Source of the DNA: an uncultured beta proteobacterium
GTDB lineage: Bacteria > Pseudomonadota > Gammaproteobacteria > Burkholderiales > SHXO01
Direction of reading: 5' to 3'
Length of the DNA stretch: 64,000 bases
Assembly: GCA_963705615.1 (NCBI GenBank)
Contig: CAVPKE010000004.1
Span: 414,535 to 478,534, forward strand
The notes below the pieces were generated by a model. It saw only the letters and a program-made list of their open reading frames with translations. It did no database searches and had not been told where the DNA came from. Shown piece after piece: positions 8,824-19,548 of the stretch (the first letter of the stretch is position 1; each line of letters begins with the position of its first letter). The position numbers and the translations under genes were made by a program.

Positions 8824-8931
8824 ACGCCGGGAGAGGACCCTGACGCCGACCCAGCGGCTGCCATGGACGCGGTAAGCCGCGCCGGGAAGCCGCGACGTTG
8901 TTGCGCCTGACCGAAAACCTCATGTCCGCGG

Positions 8932-9460
8932 ATGTCCATCAGCCACCGCACGGCCCGCAGAAGCGATCTACCGCAGATTGTCGAGATCTATAACTCGACG
9001 ATCCCAACGCGAATGGTGACCGCGGATACCGAGCCGGTCACAGTGGAGAGCCGTACTCGGTGGTTTGAGGAGCATACGCCGACTTTCCGCCCCCTCTGGG
9101 TCATTGAGAGCGAAGGCAGGATCGCCGCGTGGCTGAGCTTCTCTTCGTTCTACGGGCGCCCCGCGTACAACAAGACCGCGGAGCTGAGCGTCTACGTTCA
9201 CGAATCGTTTCGACGGCGAGGCCTGGGCACCTACCTTCTGACACAGGCCGTTGCTCAAGCGCCAGCGCTCGAAGGTGAATACGCTCCTAGGGTTCATCTT
9301 CGGGCACAATGAACCGAGCCTGCGTCTGTTTAGAAGACTTGGCTTTACTCGCTGGGGTGAGTTGCCGCAGGTTGCCGCACTGGATGGTGTCGAACGGGAT
9401 CTCGTCATCGTAGGTCGACGCGTGAAGGACGCCCAACCCAGCAACGCATCGGGCCCGTGA
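8932..9460 (+). CDS. Phosphinothricin-acetyltransferase-like GNAT, one frame break near 9275
   Basis: The N-terminal part (8932-9312) and C-terminal part (9251-9460) together give a PAT-like sequence: IVEIYN..I....T.....V....WF ... [19 protein letters not shown]. Confidence 0.75.
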
Positions 9461-9665
9461 TTGTGTGCGTTGAGCGTCATGAGGAAGCTTTCCTCGCCGT
9501 ACGCAACTGCTGGAACGCCGCTCGCCGAACACTATTGATTGCACCGAGGGGAACTTGAGCACCCACGTCATCTCGTTCGTCATCCTCGCGCTCCAGTGAG
9601 AGGAACAGAGCGACGGTGCAGATCCGTCTGCGCACTCCTTATCGACTGGACCCTCGAGAGGTGCC

Positions 9666-10602
9666 ATGACTCACAAACATACCGGCGTCGTCATCGCCAT
9701 GGCCTTGCTAATGATGGCGCCGCTCGTGACGGAGGCGCAGCAAGCGGCGAAGGTCGCCCGCATCGGTATCCTGCGCATCGGTTGCCGCCCGATCCCTTCG
9801 ACGAGGCGTTCCAGCAAGGCCTGCACGAGCTCGGTTACACAGAGGGGCGAAACATCAGCATCGAGTACCGCTGGGCCGAGGGACGACCCGAACGGCTCCC
9901 AACTCTCGCCGCCGAACTGGTCCGCCTCAAGGTAGACATTATCGTCGCGGGCGGCCCAGCGGTCGAGGCGGCGCGGCAAGCCACGCCTACAATTCCCATC
10001 GTCATGGCGGTCTTAAGCGATCTGTGAGGCTCGGCCTCGCGGCGAGCCTCGCCCGGCCAGGCGGAAACGTCACCGGGTTGACGATCCTAAGTGAAGAGTT
10101 GCCCGGCAAGTGGATGGAACTCCTGAAAGAAACCCTCCCCAGAGTCTCTCGCGTGGCTGTCCTCTCGGATCCTCAGTACACCGCAGACCAAGTGAGAGTT
10201 TCGGAGGCAGCGGCTCGATCTCTAGGGGTGCGCCTTCAAGTGCTGAACGTGAGCCGCCCGGACGAGTTCGAGACCGCGTTTGCCGAGGCAAAGAAGAATC
10301 GCGCTCAAGCCCTCATCGTCTTGTCGTCAGCATTGTTCTATGTGTACAGAGCCGACCTCGTAGCACTTGCGGCGAAACAGCGGCTACCGACGATCTACCA
10401 CCAGAAGGAGTTCGTCGTGGGTTCGGGTGGCCTCATGTCGTATGGGCCAGACTTCCATGACCTATTCCGGCGCGCCGCCGGCTACGTGGACAAGATCCTG
10501 AAAGGCGCGCAGCCCGGCGACCTCCCCATCGAGCAGCCGACGAAGTTCGAGCTGGTCAGTCAACCTCAGGACGGCGAAGGCGCTCGGACTGACGATCCCT
10601 GA
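9666..10602 (+). pseudogene. Decayed PF04392-type ABC substrate-binding protein (paralog of 11624-12622)
   Basis: Pieces in three frames align along the intact paralog. Frame breaks near 9770 and 10555, plus an in-frame TGA at 10025. Confidence 0.75.
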
Positions 10603-10672
10603 GCCGGTGCTGCATGCGGGCGGATCGAGGTGATCCGATGAAGCACAATCATTGATCACCCAAAGTTGCCAA

Positions 10673-11200
10673 ATGATCAAAGAAGTCGAATTCCCGTCGG
10701 AAGGTGCGACGCTTCGAGGATTGCTCTTTCTGCCGGAGACGCAGTCGAAGAAACTGCCGCTCGTGATCATGGCGCACGGAACGTCCGCAACGATCTACAT
10801 GGTTGCCGACAAGTACGCCGAGGTGTTCTGTCGCGCAGGCCTGGCAGTCCTGCTCTACGATCACCGCAACTTCGGAAGAAGCGGGGGTGAGCCGCGCCAG
10901 CAGATCAATCCGTGGATCCAGTGTCGGGGTTACCGGGATGCCATCGATTTCGCCGAACAGCTGGACGAGGTCGACCGCGACCGGATCGCACTATGGGGCG
11001 ATAGCTACGCAGGCGGGCAGGTCATCGTCGTTGGCGCGATTGACCCGCGAGTCAAGGCCATCGTAGCCCAGTGTCCTGTGTGCGGAGCGGAGCCGCCGGC
11101 GGTGGAGCCAAACGCGCGCCTGACCAGGACGTGCGCATCGAGTTGGGATACGATCGACTCGCGGATTGATCGTGCCCTCTCATCGAGATCGAGGAGCTGA
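10673..11200 (+). pseudogene. Alpha/beta hydrolase (dienelactone-hydrolase-like), C-terminally truncated
   Basis: The nucleophile elbow GDSYAG is present, but the Asp/His region is missing and the last ~30 aa look out of frame. The next gene starts at 11203. Confidence 0.55.
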
Positions 11201-11202
11201 CG

Positions 11203-11595
11203 ATGAATGAACGCCTCGAACGCAACAAGAAGGCCGTGGTGGCCTTCTACGATCTGATGTTCAACGAATGCCGGCCCGCAGAGGCGATCGCGAAGTACGC
11301 TGGTGAGGTGTATGTCCAGCACAACCCCCATGTGGCCGACGGCAAGGAGGCATTCATAGCGTACTTCGAAAAGATGGCCAACGAGTATCCCGGCAAACGC
11401 GTGCACTTCAAGAGAGTCTTTGCGGAAGGCAACTTCGTCATCCTGCATTGCCACCAGGTATGGCCCACCTACAAGGACAAGGATTGGGCAGGCATCGACA
11501 TCTTTCGACTCGACGACAACGGCAAGATCGTCGAGCACTGGGATGTGCTGCAGGTCGTGCCCCAAGCCTCGGCCAATGCCAATACGATGTTCTAA
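11203..11595 (+). CDS. SnoaL-like / NTF2-family protein
   Basis: 130-aa intact ORF. Pattern [14 protein letters not shown] ... YVQHNP ... [11 protein letters not shown]. Confidence 0.85.
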   Translation: MNERLERNKKAVVAFYDLMFNECRPAEAIAKYAGEVYVQHNPHVADGKEAFIAYFEKMANEYPGKRVHFKRVFAEGNFVILHCHQVWPTYKDKDWAGIDIFRLDDNGKIVEHWDVLQVVPQASANANTMF

Positions 11596-11623
11596 GGAGG
11601 GGTTGTGGTGTTGAGGAGATGCG

Positions 11624-12622
11624 ATGATGCGACGCTGGGTTGCGATTGTGCTCCACGCCGCGGCACTGTCATGGATGATCGGCGGCGATGGTCAGGCGGG
11701 GGCAGCCGACACAACTGGAAAGATCGCACGAATTGCCTTCGTGTCACCAAGCCCCGCTTCCGCCTTCGCGAGGAGTGTCGCGGTGTTCCGCGATCGCCTC
11801 GGGGAGCTGGGTTGGGTTGAAGGTCAGAATCTCGTCCTCGATCAATACTGGGGAGAGGGACATCTCGAGCGGCTCCCAGAGCTCATGGCTCAGGCGCTGG
11901 CCCGCAATCCGGACGTTCTGGTGACAGCGAGCACGCCGGGCGCTCTCGCGGCCAAGAAAGCGACCAGCACCGTCCCAATCGTGGTCGCCTCGATGGGCGA
12001 TCCGGTGCAGACGGGTGTGGTGTCGAACCTGGCTAGACCCGGAGGGAACCTCACTGCGCTCTCCACGGGCTACGTCGACGGCTTCGCGGGAAAGTGGCTC
12101 GAGCTGCTCCTTGAGGCGGTGCCGCAGGCAACCAAAGTGGCGGTAATCTGGAACCTGGGCAATCCGGTCACACGCGGCCAGGGTATCGACCTGGAAAAAG
12201 TCGCCGCGGCGCGCGGTGTGAGGTTACGGTTCATCGACGTGCGTGAACCGCGCAAGCTGGAGTCCGCCTTCCAGCAGGCGAAGCATGCTGCCCAGGCATC
12301 CGTGGTCATCTGCGAAAACCTGTTCATCGAGAACGGGCAGCAGGTCGTCGACCTCGCCGCCAAGTACCGGCTGCCAACCGTGTACTGCTTGTCGGGATTC
12401 GCCCGGGCAGGAGGCCTGATGGCCTATGGGACGGATCTGCAGGCGATGCACCGGCGCGCTGCGGAGTACGTCGACAAGGTCCTACGAGGCGCCAAAGTCG
12501 GCGATCTACCGGTAGAACAACCGACCAAGTTCGAGCTGGTGGTCAACCTCCGAACTGCGAAGGCGCTGGGAATAGCCATTCCGGAATCGATCTTGTTGCG
12601 TGCCGATGAGATCATTCGATGA
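11624..12622 (+). CDS. PF04392-type ABC transporter substrate-binding protein (orphan)
   Basis: 332-aa intact ORF with a signal peptide. Family pattern ...LARPGGNLT... LPVEQPTKFELVVNLRTAKALGI.IP.S.L.RADE.I. Confidence 0.85.
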   Translation: MMRRWVAIVLHAAALSWMIGGDGQAGAADTTGKIARIAFVSPSPASAFARSVAVFRDRLGELGWVEGQNLVLDQYWGEGHLERLPELMAQALARNPDVLVTASTPGALAAKKATSTVPIVVASMGDPVQTGVVSNLARPGGNLTALSTGYVDGFAGKWLELLLEAVPQATKVAVIWNLGNPVTRGQGIDLEKVAAARGVRLRFIDVREPRKLESAFQQAKHAAQASVVICENLFIENGQQVVDLAAKYRLPTVYCLSGFARAGGLMAYGTDLQAMHRRAAEYVDKVLRGAKVGDLPVEQPTKFELVVNLRTAKALGIAIPESILLRADEIIR

Positions 12623-12649
12623 GCCCTTCGAGCCGTCCCCCACCCTCGG

Positions 12650-12673
12650 CCCTCCCCCGCAAGCGAGGGAGGG
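12650..12673 (+). terminator. GC-rich stem-loop after binding-protein gene
   Basis: CCCTCCC-CCGCAAGCGA-GGGAGGG lies 28 nt after the stop. There is no T-tract, so it may be a REP-like element rather than an intrinsic terminator. Confidence 0.3.
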
Positions 12674-12750
12674 TTAGGGAAGGGTTGCGTGCCGATGGCG
12701 TGACTCGATGATCTTGTGCAGAGGCTGGCGCAGCGAGTAGTGCGAAAGAC

Positions 12751-13660
12751 ATGACTACGCCAGGCGTCAAGCAGCGATCCATGCTGGTGGGAGAAATGAA
12801 CATCGACACAGTTACCAAGACCGTCGAGATCAAGGGCGAGCGCTTCCCCGTGGTCGATATCGGCACCGGTCCTGCCGTCCTGCTCCTGCACGGCTTTCCC
12901 GACTCGCGGTTCCTCTGGCGGCATCAGATCCCCGCACTCACTGCGGCGGGCTTTCGCGTGCTCGCGCCCGATCTGCGCGGCTACGGGGACGCACCCAGGC
13001 CGACGGACTTGCGCCCCTATCGGCGCCCGTTCATCGCGGCCGACATTCTTGGCCTCCTGGACGCTCTTGCCGTGAAGCGCGCGCATCTCGTCGGTCACGA
13101 TTGGGGAGCCGCGATGACGTGGCGGCTGGCGGGTTCGTACCCCGAGAGATTCGATCGTGTTGTCGTCTTGTCGGTCGGAGCGCCAAGCAGTCCGGGCTGG
13201 GATACTATCGAGCAACGGGAGAAATCGTGGTACTTCGATTTCTTCATCAAGCCGGGCATCGCCGAAGAGGCGCTAAAGGCGGACAACTGGAAATTGTTTC
13301 GCGAATGGAGCCGCGGTCAAGGCGATCAGGACCGATATCTGCGAGACCTGGCTCGACCCGGAGCGCTGACGGCAGCGCTGAACTGGTATCGGGCTGCATT
13401 TACGCCTTTGGCCTCTGACGAAGCGCCTCTCCCTCGGTTGCCGCCCTGGGACCGCATCCGCATTCCCGTGCTCGGCGTATGGAGCGACCAAGATCCGTTC
13501 TTGCTCGAACCGCAGATGGCGCTGTCGGCCGGGTCGTAGAAGCGCCTTGGCGCTATGAAAAAATCAGGGGAGCAGGGCATTGGATGATGCTCGACAAGCC
13601 AGAGGAGCTGAACCGATTGCTCGTTGATTTCCTGAGCGTGCGTCGAACAGTCCGACGTAT
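12751..13660 (+). CDS. Alpha/beta hydrolase (epoxide-hydrolase/haloalkane-dehalogenase-like), frame break near 13510, 3' end uncertain
   Basis: LLLHGFPDS.FLWRHQIP.L...GFRVLAPDLRGYG.. and the nucleophile motif GHDWGA. The C-terminal GAGHWMMLDKPEELNRLLVDFL continues in another frame. Confidence 0.8.
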
Positions 13661-14007
13661 TGTGTCCTCGCCGAACGATGCCGCTATGAGCCAACTCAAG
13701 ACCTGTGCGGGGCGATCGCTCTCATCGCTCTCGACTCGCGACGGCGACGAGCCGCACCCAAATCGAACGAAGCGACGGCCATCCTGGTCTACGCGAAAAA
13801 TCCCGAAGACCGGGCTTACAACTGCTCATCTGGTATGTTTGGTCACACGAAGCTATCGGACGACGAGATGAAACGGTCAGCGAGACCGTCATGTTGCTCC
13901 CAAGTCAAACGGAGCGATCCACTCGCAACCGTGGCTTACATGTACGTGCAGATCGAGCAGGGCCGAAGATCGAGTGCAACTGACGGTCGGTGGCCCGATG
14001 GTACCCC

Positions 14008-15106
14008 ATGAAAATCACACGCATCCAATCGCAGATCGTTCGCTTGCCTTCCGAGGAGCCCCTTGCCGGCGGCCCCGCGTTCGGAGGACCCTTTCGCGAG
14101 TTCGTCACGCTCCAGGTCGAGACCGACGCAGGTATCGAGGGCATCGGGGTGACTTTCTTCGGCGCCGCGCTCACCGCCACGTTGAAGCACGCGGTCGAGC
14201 AACTCGGGGCACTGGCCGTGGGCGAGGATCCGCTGCGAGTCGAGGCCATCGGACACAAGCTGCGCGAGGCGGCGGCAGGCTCGGCAGGGCCCGGCGGGAT
14301 CTTCACGCTCGCGTTCTCCGCCATCGACATGGCGCTGTGGGATATCAAGGGCAAAGCGCTGAACCAGCCGCTCGCCACGCTGCTGGGCGGGCTGCGCGAG
14401 CGCGTGCCTACGTACGCGAGCGGCGCGCTCATGCGCACGTACCCGCTGGACCACGTCACCAAGGCGGCGCGCACGCTGGTGGACAAGGGCTTCAAGCAGA
14501 TGAAGATGCAGCTCGCGCTGCCGGGCGAAACGACGCCAGCGATCGAGGTGGAATCGCGCGCGCAGGATCCGTGAAGCGATCGGCCCGGACATCGACCTGA
14601 TGTGCGACATCAACCAGCGCTGGAGCGTGCACCAGGCCATCGACATCGGCCGTCGGCTCGAAGACGTCCACTTCTACTGGCTGGAGGACGTGACGACGCA
14701 CGACGACTTTCCGGGGCTCGCTCGGGTCGCCGATGCGCTGGCGACGCCGGTGGCCGGTGGTGAGTATGTTTACGGGATCGCGCCGTTCCGCCACATGCTC
14801 GAAGCGCGCTCTGTCGACATCGTCATGATCGATTTGCTGCGGGTGGGCGGGATCGCGAACTGGCTCAAAGTTGCCGGCATGGCGGAGGCGTTCAACCTCC
14901 CGGTGGTCAGCCATCTGCTGCCCGAGATCCACGTGCACCTGGTCGCGGCGGTCCCCAACGGGCTCACCGTCGAGTACATGCCTTGGACGCTGAAATTGTT
15001 CGAAGACGCACCGGTCGCGGTGAACGGGCAGCTCACGGTCCCCAACAGACCGGGGCTGGGGCTCACGTTCGACCGCGATTTCGTCAAGCGTCACGCGGTC
15101 GGGTGA
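14008..15106 (+). CDS. Mandelate racemase / muconate lactonizing enzyme family (enolase superfamily), frame break near 14565
   Basis: The N-terminal capping domain (14008-14574) and barrel domain (14600-15106) carry AIDMALWDIKGK, DINQRW, YWLED and VDIVMID motifs. Confidence 0.85.
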
Positions 15107-15114
15107 GGCGAGAG

Positions 15115-15930
15115 ATGAACCCCGATCCGGGATCTGGTTTCTTAGGTTTCGACGAGAACGAAGCGCGCCGCGTCGAGGCGATCTATCAGACGCCAGATGT
15201 CGTGGCGCAGCGCGAGCGCGTGCTCGATGCGCTGGCGTTACGGCCCGGGGAGCGCGTGGTAGACCTCGGCTGCGGGCCCGGCCTGCTGGCGCTGCAGATG
15301 GCCGAGCGGGTTGGACCCGGAGGCGAGATCCAGTGCATCGATGCGTCCGAGAGCATGATGGCGATCGCGCAGGCGCCGCTGCGCAGCGCTGAACGGGGTG
15401 CACCTGCGCGTGGGCGACGTCGCCGCGTTACCCTACGCGGATCACAGCTTCGACGCCGCCGTTTGCACGCAGGTTTACGAATACGTTCCCGACATCGACC
15501 GCGCTCTGGCGGAGCTGTATCGAGTGCTGAAGCCCGGCGCTCGTGCCGTGATCGTCGACACGGATTGGGAGTCCTGCGTGTGGCATTCGAGCGACCAGGC
15601 CCGCATGCGGCGCATGATCGAGGCCTGGGACCGGCACTGTCCGCACCCGCAGCTGCCGCGCACGCTTGGCGGCGCGACTGCGCTCAGCCGGGTTCGAGAA
15701 CCTGCGCGTAGATACGATAACGTCTGATCAACGATCGCTACCATCCCGACACGTACAGCTTCGGCGTGATCCCGCAGCTGGCGGCGTACGCAAGCAAGCA
15801 TGGGCTCGTGCCGCGCGAGGAAGCGGACGCATGGGTTGCGGACCTGCAGGAGCTGGGACAGCGCGGCGAATACTTCTTCAGTCTGAACCGCTACCTGTTC
15901 TTCGCGCGCCGGCCCCAGACAGACGATTAA
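15115..15930 (+). CDS. Class I SAM-dependent methyltransferase, about three frame breaks
   Basis: Motif I VVDLGCGPG and FDAAVCTQVYEYVPD. Pieces in three frames end at TAA 15928-15930. Confidence 0.8.
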
Positions 15931-15950
15931 CGTGCGTCAAGCCAAGCGCG

Positions 15951-16883
15951 TTACGGAACAAGCTGCCACTTGTCGGTAGGGTCATATGCGGTGATCGGGC
16001 CAAACACCTTCAATGTGTCGGGACCGAAGTCGCGCTCATACACATCGCCGTAGTGGTTCACGATGAACGTCTTGATTCCGGTTTCGCCGTAGCGTGCCGG
16101 GGCCGCGGCCATGGCGAAGCCTGCCACCATTCGCCCGTTGATGACGTAGCTATAAGCGCCGCCCGGCGCCGCAGCACCTTGGCGCGTCAAAATCTTGAAG
16201 TAGTAGCCGTTGTAGGGCTCGCCTGGTCTGCGCTTGTCCGGGTCGCGGATGAGCGGGCCGAACGGACTCATCTCATCTCCTTTTTCAGTATCGGCTGGCC
16301 AATACAGACCATCGCGCTTACCGGGCGAGCTCGCAACCTTGCGTGCGAACGCACGCACGCGAGTACCGTCCCTCGGCTTTGACGCATATTGACGCTGTGC
16401 GCTCACGTATGCGCGCAAGACCTCGATTGCGTCGAGTTCATTCCTGCCGATGCGGCGATTCAGCATTTCTTCGCTCCCCGCAGCGGCATCGAATTGCCAC
16501 CCCGCGCCGCGTCGCACGATCGGGATCGGCAAGGGCCAGGCTCCAAACCCAACTATGACGATGACCTTGTCGTTGCCGTCCCGCCGCAACACCAGGTATT
16601 CGGCAGCAGCGCGAGCAAACCTCTCGCGGTCTTCCTGATCGGCAACATGGTCGACGGTTGCAACGAGGCTGCGGTACTTTGCACCAAAGACATCGATCAG
16701 CGCACTTTCGTCGTCTGCCTTGGTGGCGTCGATCAACGCTTGCGCGGCGGCCTCCGGAGTTTCGAACGTACGTTGCGCGCACGCCACTTGGGCCCATGGC
16801 ATCGCAACGATGAAGGCCAACGCAGCTGAAGCTCGCACCGACCAACGCAAATATCGGGTCGCAATCATCGTCATTTTCCTCAT
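15951..16883 (-). CDS. DUF2950-family secreted protein
   Basis: 310-aa intact ORF with a signal peptide. Typical DUF2950 N-terminal pattern FETPEAAAQALIDA...DD..AL..VFG. ATGA overlap with the upstream DUF3300 gene. Confidence 0.8.
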   Translation of the reverse strand: MRKMTMIATRYLRWSVRASAALAFIVAMPWAQVACAQRTFETPEAAAQALIDATKADDESALIDVFGAKYRSLVATVDHVADQEDRERFARAAAEYLVLRRDGNDKVIVIVGFGAWPLPIPIVRRGAGWQFDAAAGSEEMLNRRIGRNELDAIEVLRAYVSAQRQYASKPRDGTRVRAFARKVASSPGKRDGLYWPADTEKGDEMSPFGPLIRDPDKRRPGEPYNGYYFKILTRQGAAAPGGAYSYVINGRMVAGFAMAAAPARYGETGIKTFIVNHYGDVYERDFGPDTLKVFGPITAYDPTDKWQLVP

Positions 16884-18151
16884 CGCCCGCGACCGCCGCC
16901 CCCACGCGCCCCGCCGCCAGCGCGTCCTCCGCCGCTAGCGCGCGCCCCACCGGACCGTCCACCTCCTCCCGAGGAGCTCGCGCGGCTGGACGCTCCGCGA
17001 TCGCTCGCGCGAGTTGCAGAGGAGCCGGAGCCGACTCCACCGAATGCATCCCCGCGCCCGCCGACGTCGCCTGCGGAGGGACGTCCTCCCGCGCCGGCTC
17101 CGCCGAGATTCTGTGCAGAAGGTTGACGCCCTCCCAGATCGCGGCCGCCGACATCGCCTGTGGTCGGGCGCCCGCCACCGACGTTGCCAGTGGAAGGACG
17201 TGGTGCACCGCCTTGCCTCCCGAACTGCGTGTCGCCCGGCCGTGCCGCTGGACGCGGTTGCGTCCTGCCGCTGCTCAGCTGTCCGGGTTGTTTGTCCGAG
17301 CGCCAGCTCTGACCCTCACGCGCGCCGGTAGCCTGTGGACGCTTGGCCCCCTCCTGTCGGGCTCGGTTTGCCGCATCCTGGTTTCGCGGATTGTCGCGAT
17401 TGATATTGATGTTGTCGGTCCGATTGATGTTGACGTTGTGCTCGATGTGCGCACTGTTCCAGTTGAACGCCCATGCCGTCATCGCCCCGAAGAACAGTCC
17501 TGTGGCGAACGCCGCCCCCGGTGGATAGGGATAGTAGTAGCAGGGGTAAGGCGTCGGGTAATAGATCGGTGGCGCGGACTGAACGACCACCGTGGTCGGT
17601 TCGTATTGCGGCACATAGATCACCTGCGGATCAGCCGGCACGACTTTGATCACTTCCTGCTCCGTGACGACGATCTGCTTGTCATCGGACTTGAGGCTGC
17701 CGGCTGCCGATGCTTTGCGCCGAAACGCCTGTATCGCATCCATCACAGCGGCTTGTTGACTCACGACCGCCTCGCCCAGCGCTTGCACCCAGTCGAGGTC
17801 GTCGTTCATTTTCTTGACCACATCCGGATAGTTCAAGAGATTGCGCACGGGTTCCGGAAGACTGGGGTCGGGCTTCAGGTTCGAGTCGGCCTTGTACTTC
17901 TCCAGAAAGCGCTGAGCTTTCACCACGTCGAGCGGGTAAGTGGAGGCGGGAAGGATGATCGCGAGCAAATCATCGGGATAGAGTGCGATCGGGCCGACGA
18001 GCTGCTCGAGCTCGTCGGCGGAGTACTGATCGCTCGCTGGCGCAGCCGCAGCAGCGGGAGAGGCTGGCTCCTGCGTCAATGCAATGCCGGGCGACAGCAG
18101 TCCAGTAGCAAGCGCAACAACCGCGCAGGTCGCCGCTCGCAACGCACTCAT
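16880..18151 (-). CDS. DUF3300-domain secreted protein with Gly/Arg/Ser-rich C-terminal tail
   Basis: Signal peptide. DUF3300 pattern LEQLVGPIALYPDDLLAIILPASTYPLDVV.A.RF. The last ~150 aa are low-complexity G/R/S. Confidence 0.8.
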   Translation of the reverse strand: MSALRAATCAVVALATGLLSPGIALTQEPASPAAAAAPASDQYSADELEQLVGPIALYPDDLLAIILPASTYPLDVVKAQRFLEKYKADSNLKPDPSLPEPVRNLLNYPDVVKKMNDDLDWVQALGEAVVSQQAAVMDAIQAFRRKASAAGSLKSDDKQIVVTEQEVIKVVPADPQVIYVPQYEPTTVVVQSAPPIYYPTPYPCYYYPYPPGAAFATGLFFGAMTAWAFNWNSAHIEHNVNINRTDNININRDNPRNQDAANRARQEGAKRPQATGAREGQSWRSDKQPGQLSSGRTQPRPAARPGDTQFGRQGGAPRPSTGNVGGGRPTTGDVGGRDLGGRQPSAQNLGGAGAGGRPSAGDVGGRGDAFGGVGSGSSATRASDRGASSRASSSGGGGRSGGARASGGGRAGGGARGGGGRGR

Positions 18152-18195
18152 CGCTTCCCTCCTCCCTGGATTTACCCGGCGGCCAGCGTCCAGCG

Positions 18196-18529
18196 GTGAT
18201 GAGCTGCCGGCCGGGGATGGGGTTACCGGGTACGCTTACTTTACCTCAGTTTTCCTTCCCGCTGCCAGATCAGTGGCGAACAGTCCGACCGTTAACGGTG
18301 TTGCAGGACGAGCGGCGCTTTCGAGGATCAGGGCGTTACGGTCTCGAGCGCAGATCAGTCTACCGGCATCATTCGCGGGCGTCGCGGCGGCATCGAATTG
18401 ACCGCGACCCTCCGCAGACAGTCAGACGGCAGCGTGCGGGTCCAGTTCAACACGACCGGTGCTACCGAGCAGGATCCCCAACTGATCAACCGCGTGTCAC
18501 GATCGTTCGATGTGCGAATGGGACGGTGA
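18196..18529 (+). pseudogene. Small DUF3568-like ORF remnant spread over frames
   Basis: The frame-2 tail AFEDQGVTVSSADQSTGIIRGRRGGIELTATLRRQSDGSVRVQFNTTG...INRVSRSFDVRMGR has no start codon. The upstream piece PLPDQWRTVRPLTVLQD is in another frame. Confidence 0.3.
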
Positions 18530-18534
18530 TCGAT

Positions 18535-19318
18535 TCAGGACTGGAAGCCGATCTCGACTGCGCCGATGCCCTCGACCGTGAATCGGTAGTGCTCCCCGGC
18601 CGCGGGGAAACGCGTCGTCACCAGGCTGCCGGTCGACACGATTTCTCCGGCATGCAGGGTCTGGCCCTGTTCCCGCAGATGGTTGGCAAGCCAACGCAGG
18701 GGCTCGAAGGGATGGCCGAGCACGTCGCGCCCGTGCCCCTCATCGATCTTTTCGCCGTTGCGCTCGACCGTTCCGCGCGCAGCAGCGAGATCGGGCCAGG
18801 AAGTCCGGTATTCTCCGGTCACGATGCCTTCGTTCCAGGCGTTGTCGGCGACCAGAGAGAGCAGATCGAGCGGATAAGCCGAGTTGCGGTCATCGATCAC
18901 TTCGAACGCCGGGCAGACCGCGTCCACTGCTTCGGCCACCTCGCGCATCTCGTAGGGCTTCTCGCGCGGCGCGAGCGAGCGGCCCACCCGCACGCAGATC
19001 TCGAACTCGATGCCGAGATGCACCAGATCGCCCAGCCGAAGGTCGACGCCGCTTGGAAGCAGACCGCTTCTGCAGCACTACGCCCGCGACCGGGTGGTCG
19101 ATGCTGCACATCTTCTGCATGCGCGCCGAAGTCAGGCCGATCTTGTAGCCGACGCGCGGCCCGTGCGTCGCGAGCATGCGCTCGACAAAGGCCGCCTGGA
19201 TCGCATAAGCGCCCGCCAGGTCCGTGGCTCCCCAAGCACGCGCGAAAGGCACGATATCGCGCTTCTGCGCATGATCGCGCATCAGTGTGGACGCCGCTTT
19301 TCCCAGATCGATTTGCAC
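18535..19318 (-). CDS. 2-keto-4-pentenoate hydratase / FAH-family hydratase-decarboxylase, frame break near 19040
   Basis: N-terminal AYAIQAAFVERML...GPRVGYKIGLTS and a C-terminal domain ending GEIVSTGSLV. The 784-nt span implies one indel. Confidence 0.75.
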
Positions 19319-19548
19319 GGAGATGCCCGAACGATGCCGGCAATGCGCTGCGCGACATGATACCGGCTTTGTCAGCTGGGGAAGGTATGTCGATGAAAGA
19401 CAAGCAGTAATCTCGTTGCGAAGCGGCATCAGCCACAGCCGTCTCATCATTTTCTTGCGCTAGATCAAAAGAAAACGGCCCCAAGGATCGGATAATGCGG
19501 TGCAGCAACCGTGTATAATGCGCCGCCGGATTCTTGAGGGACCGAGTT

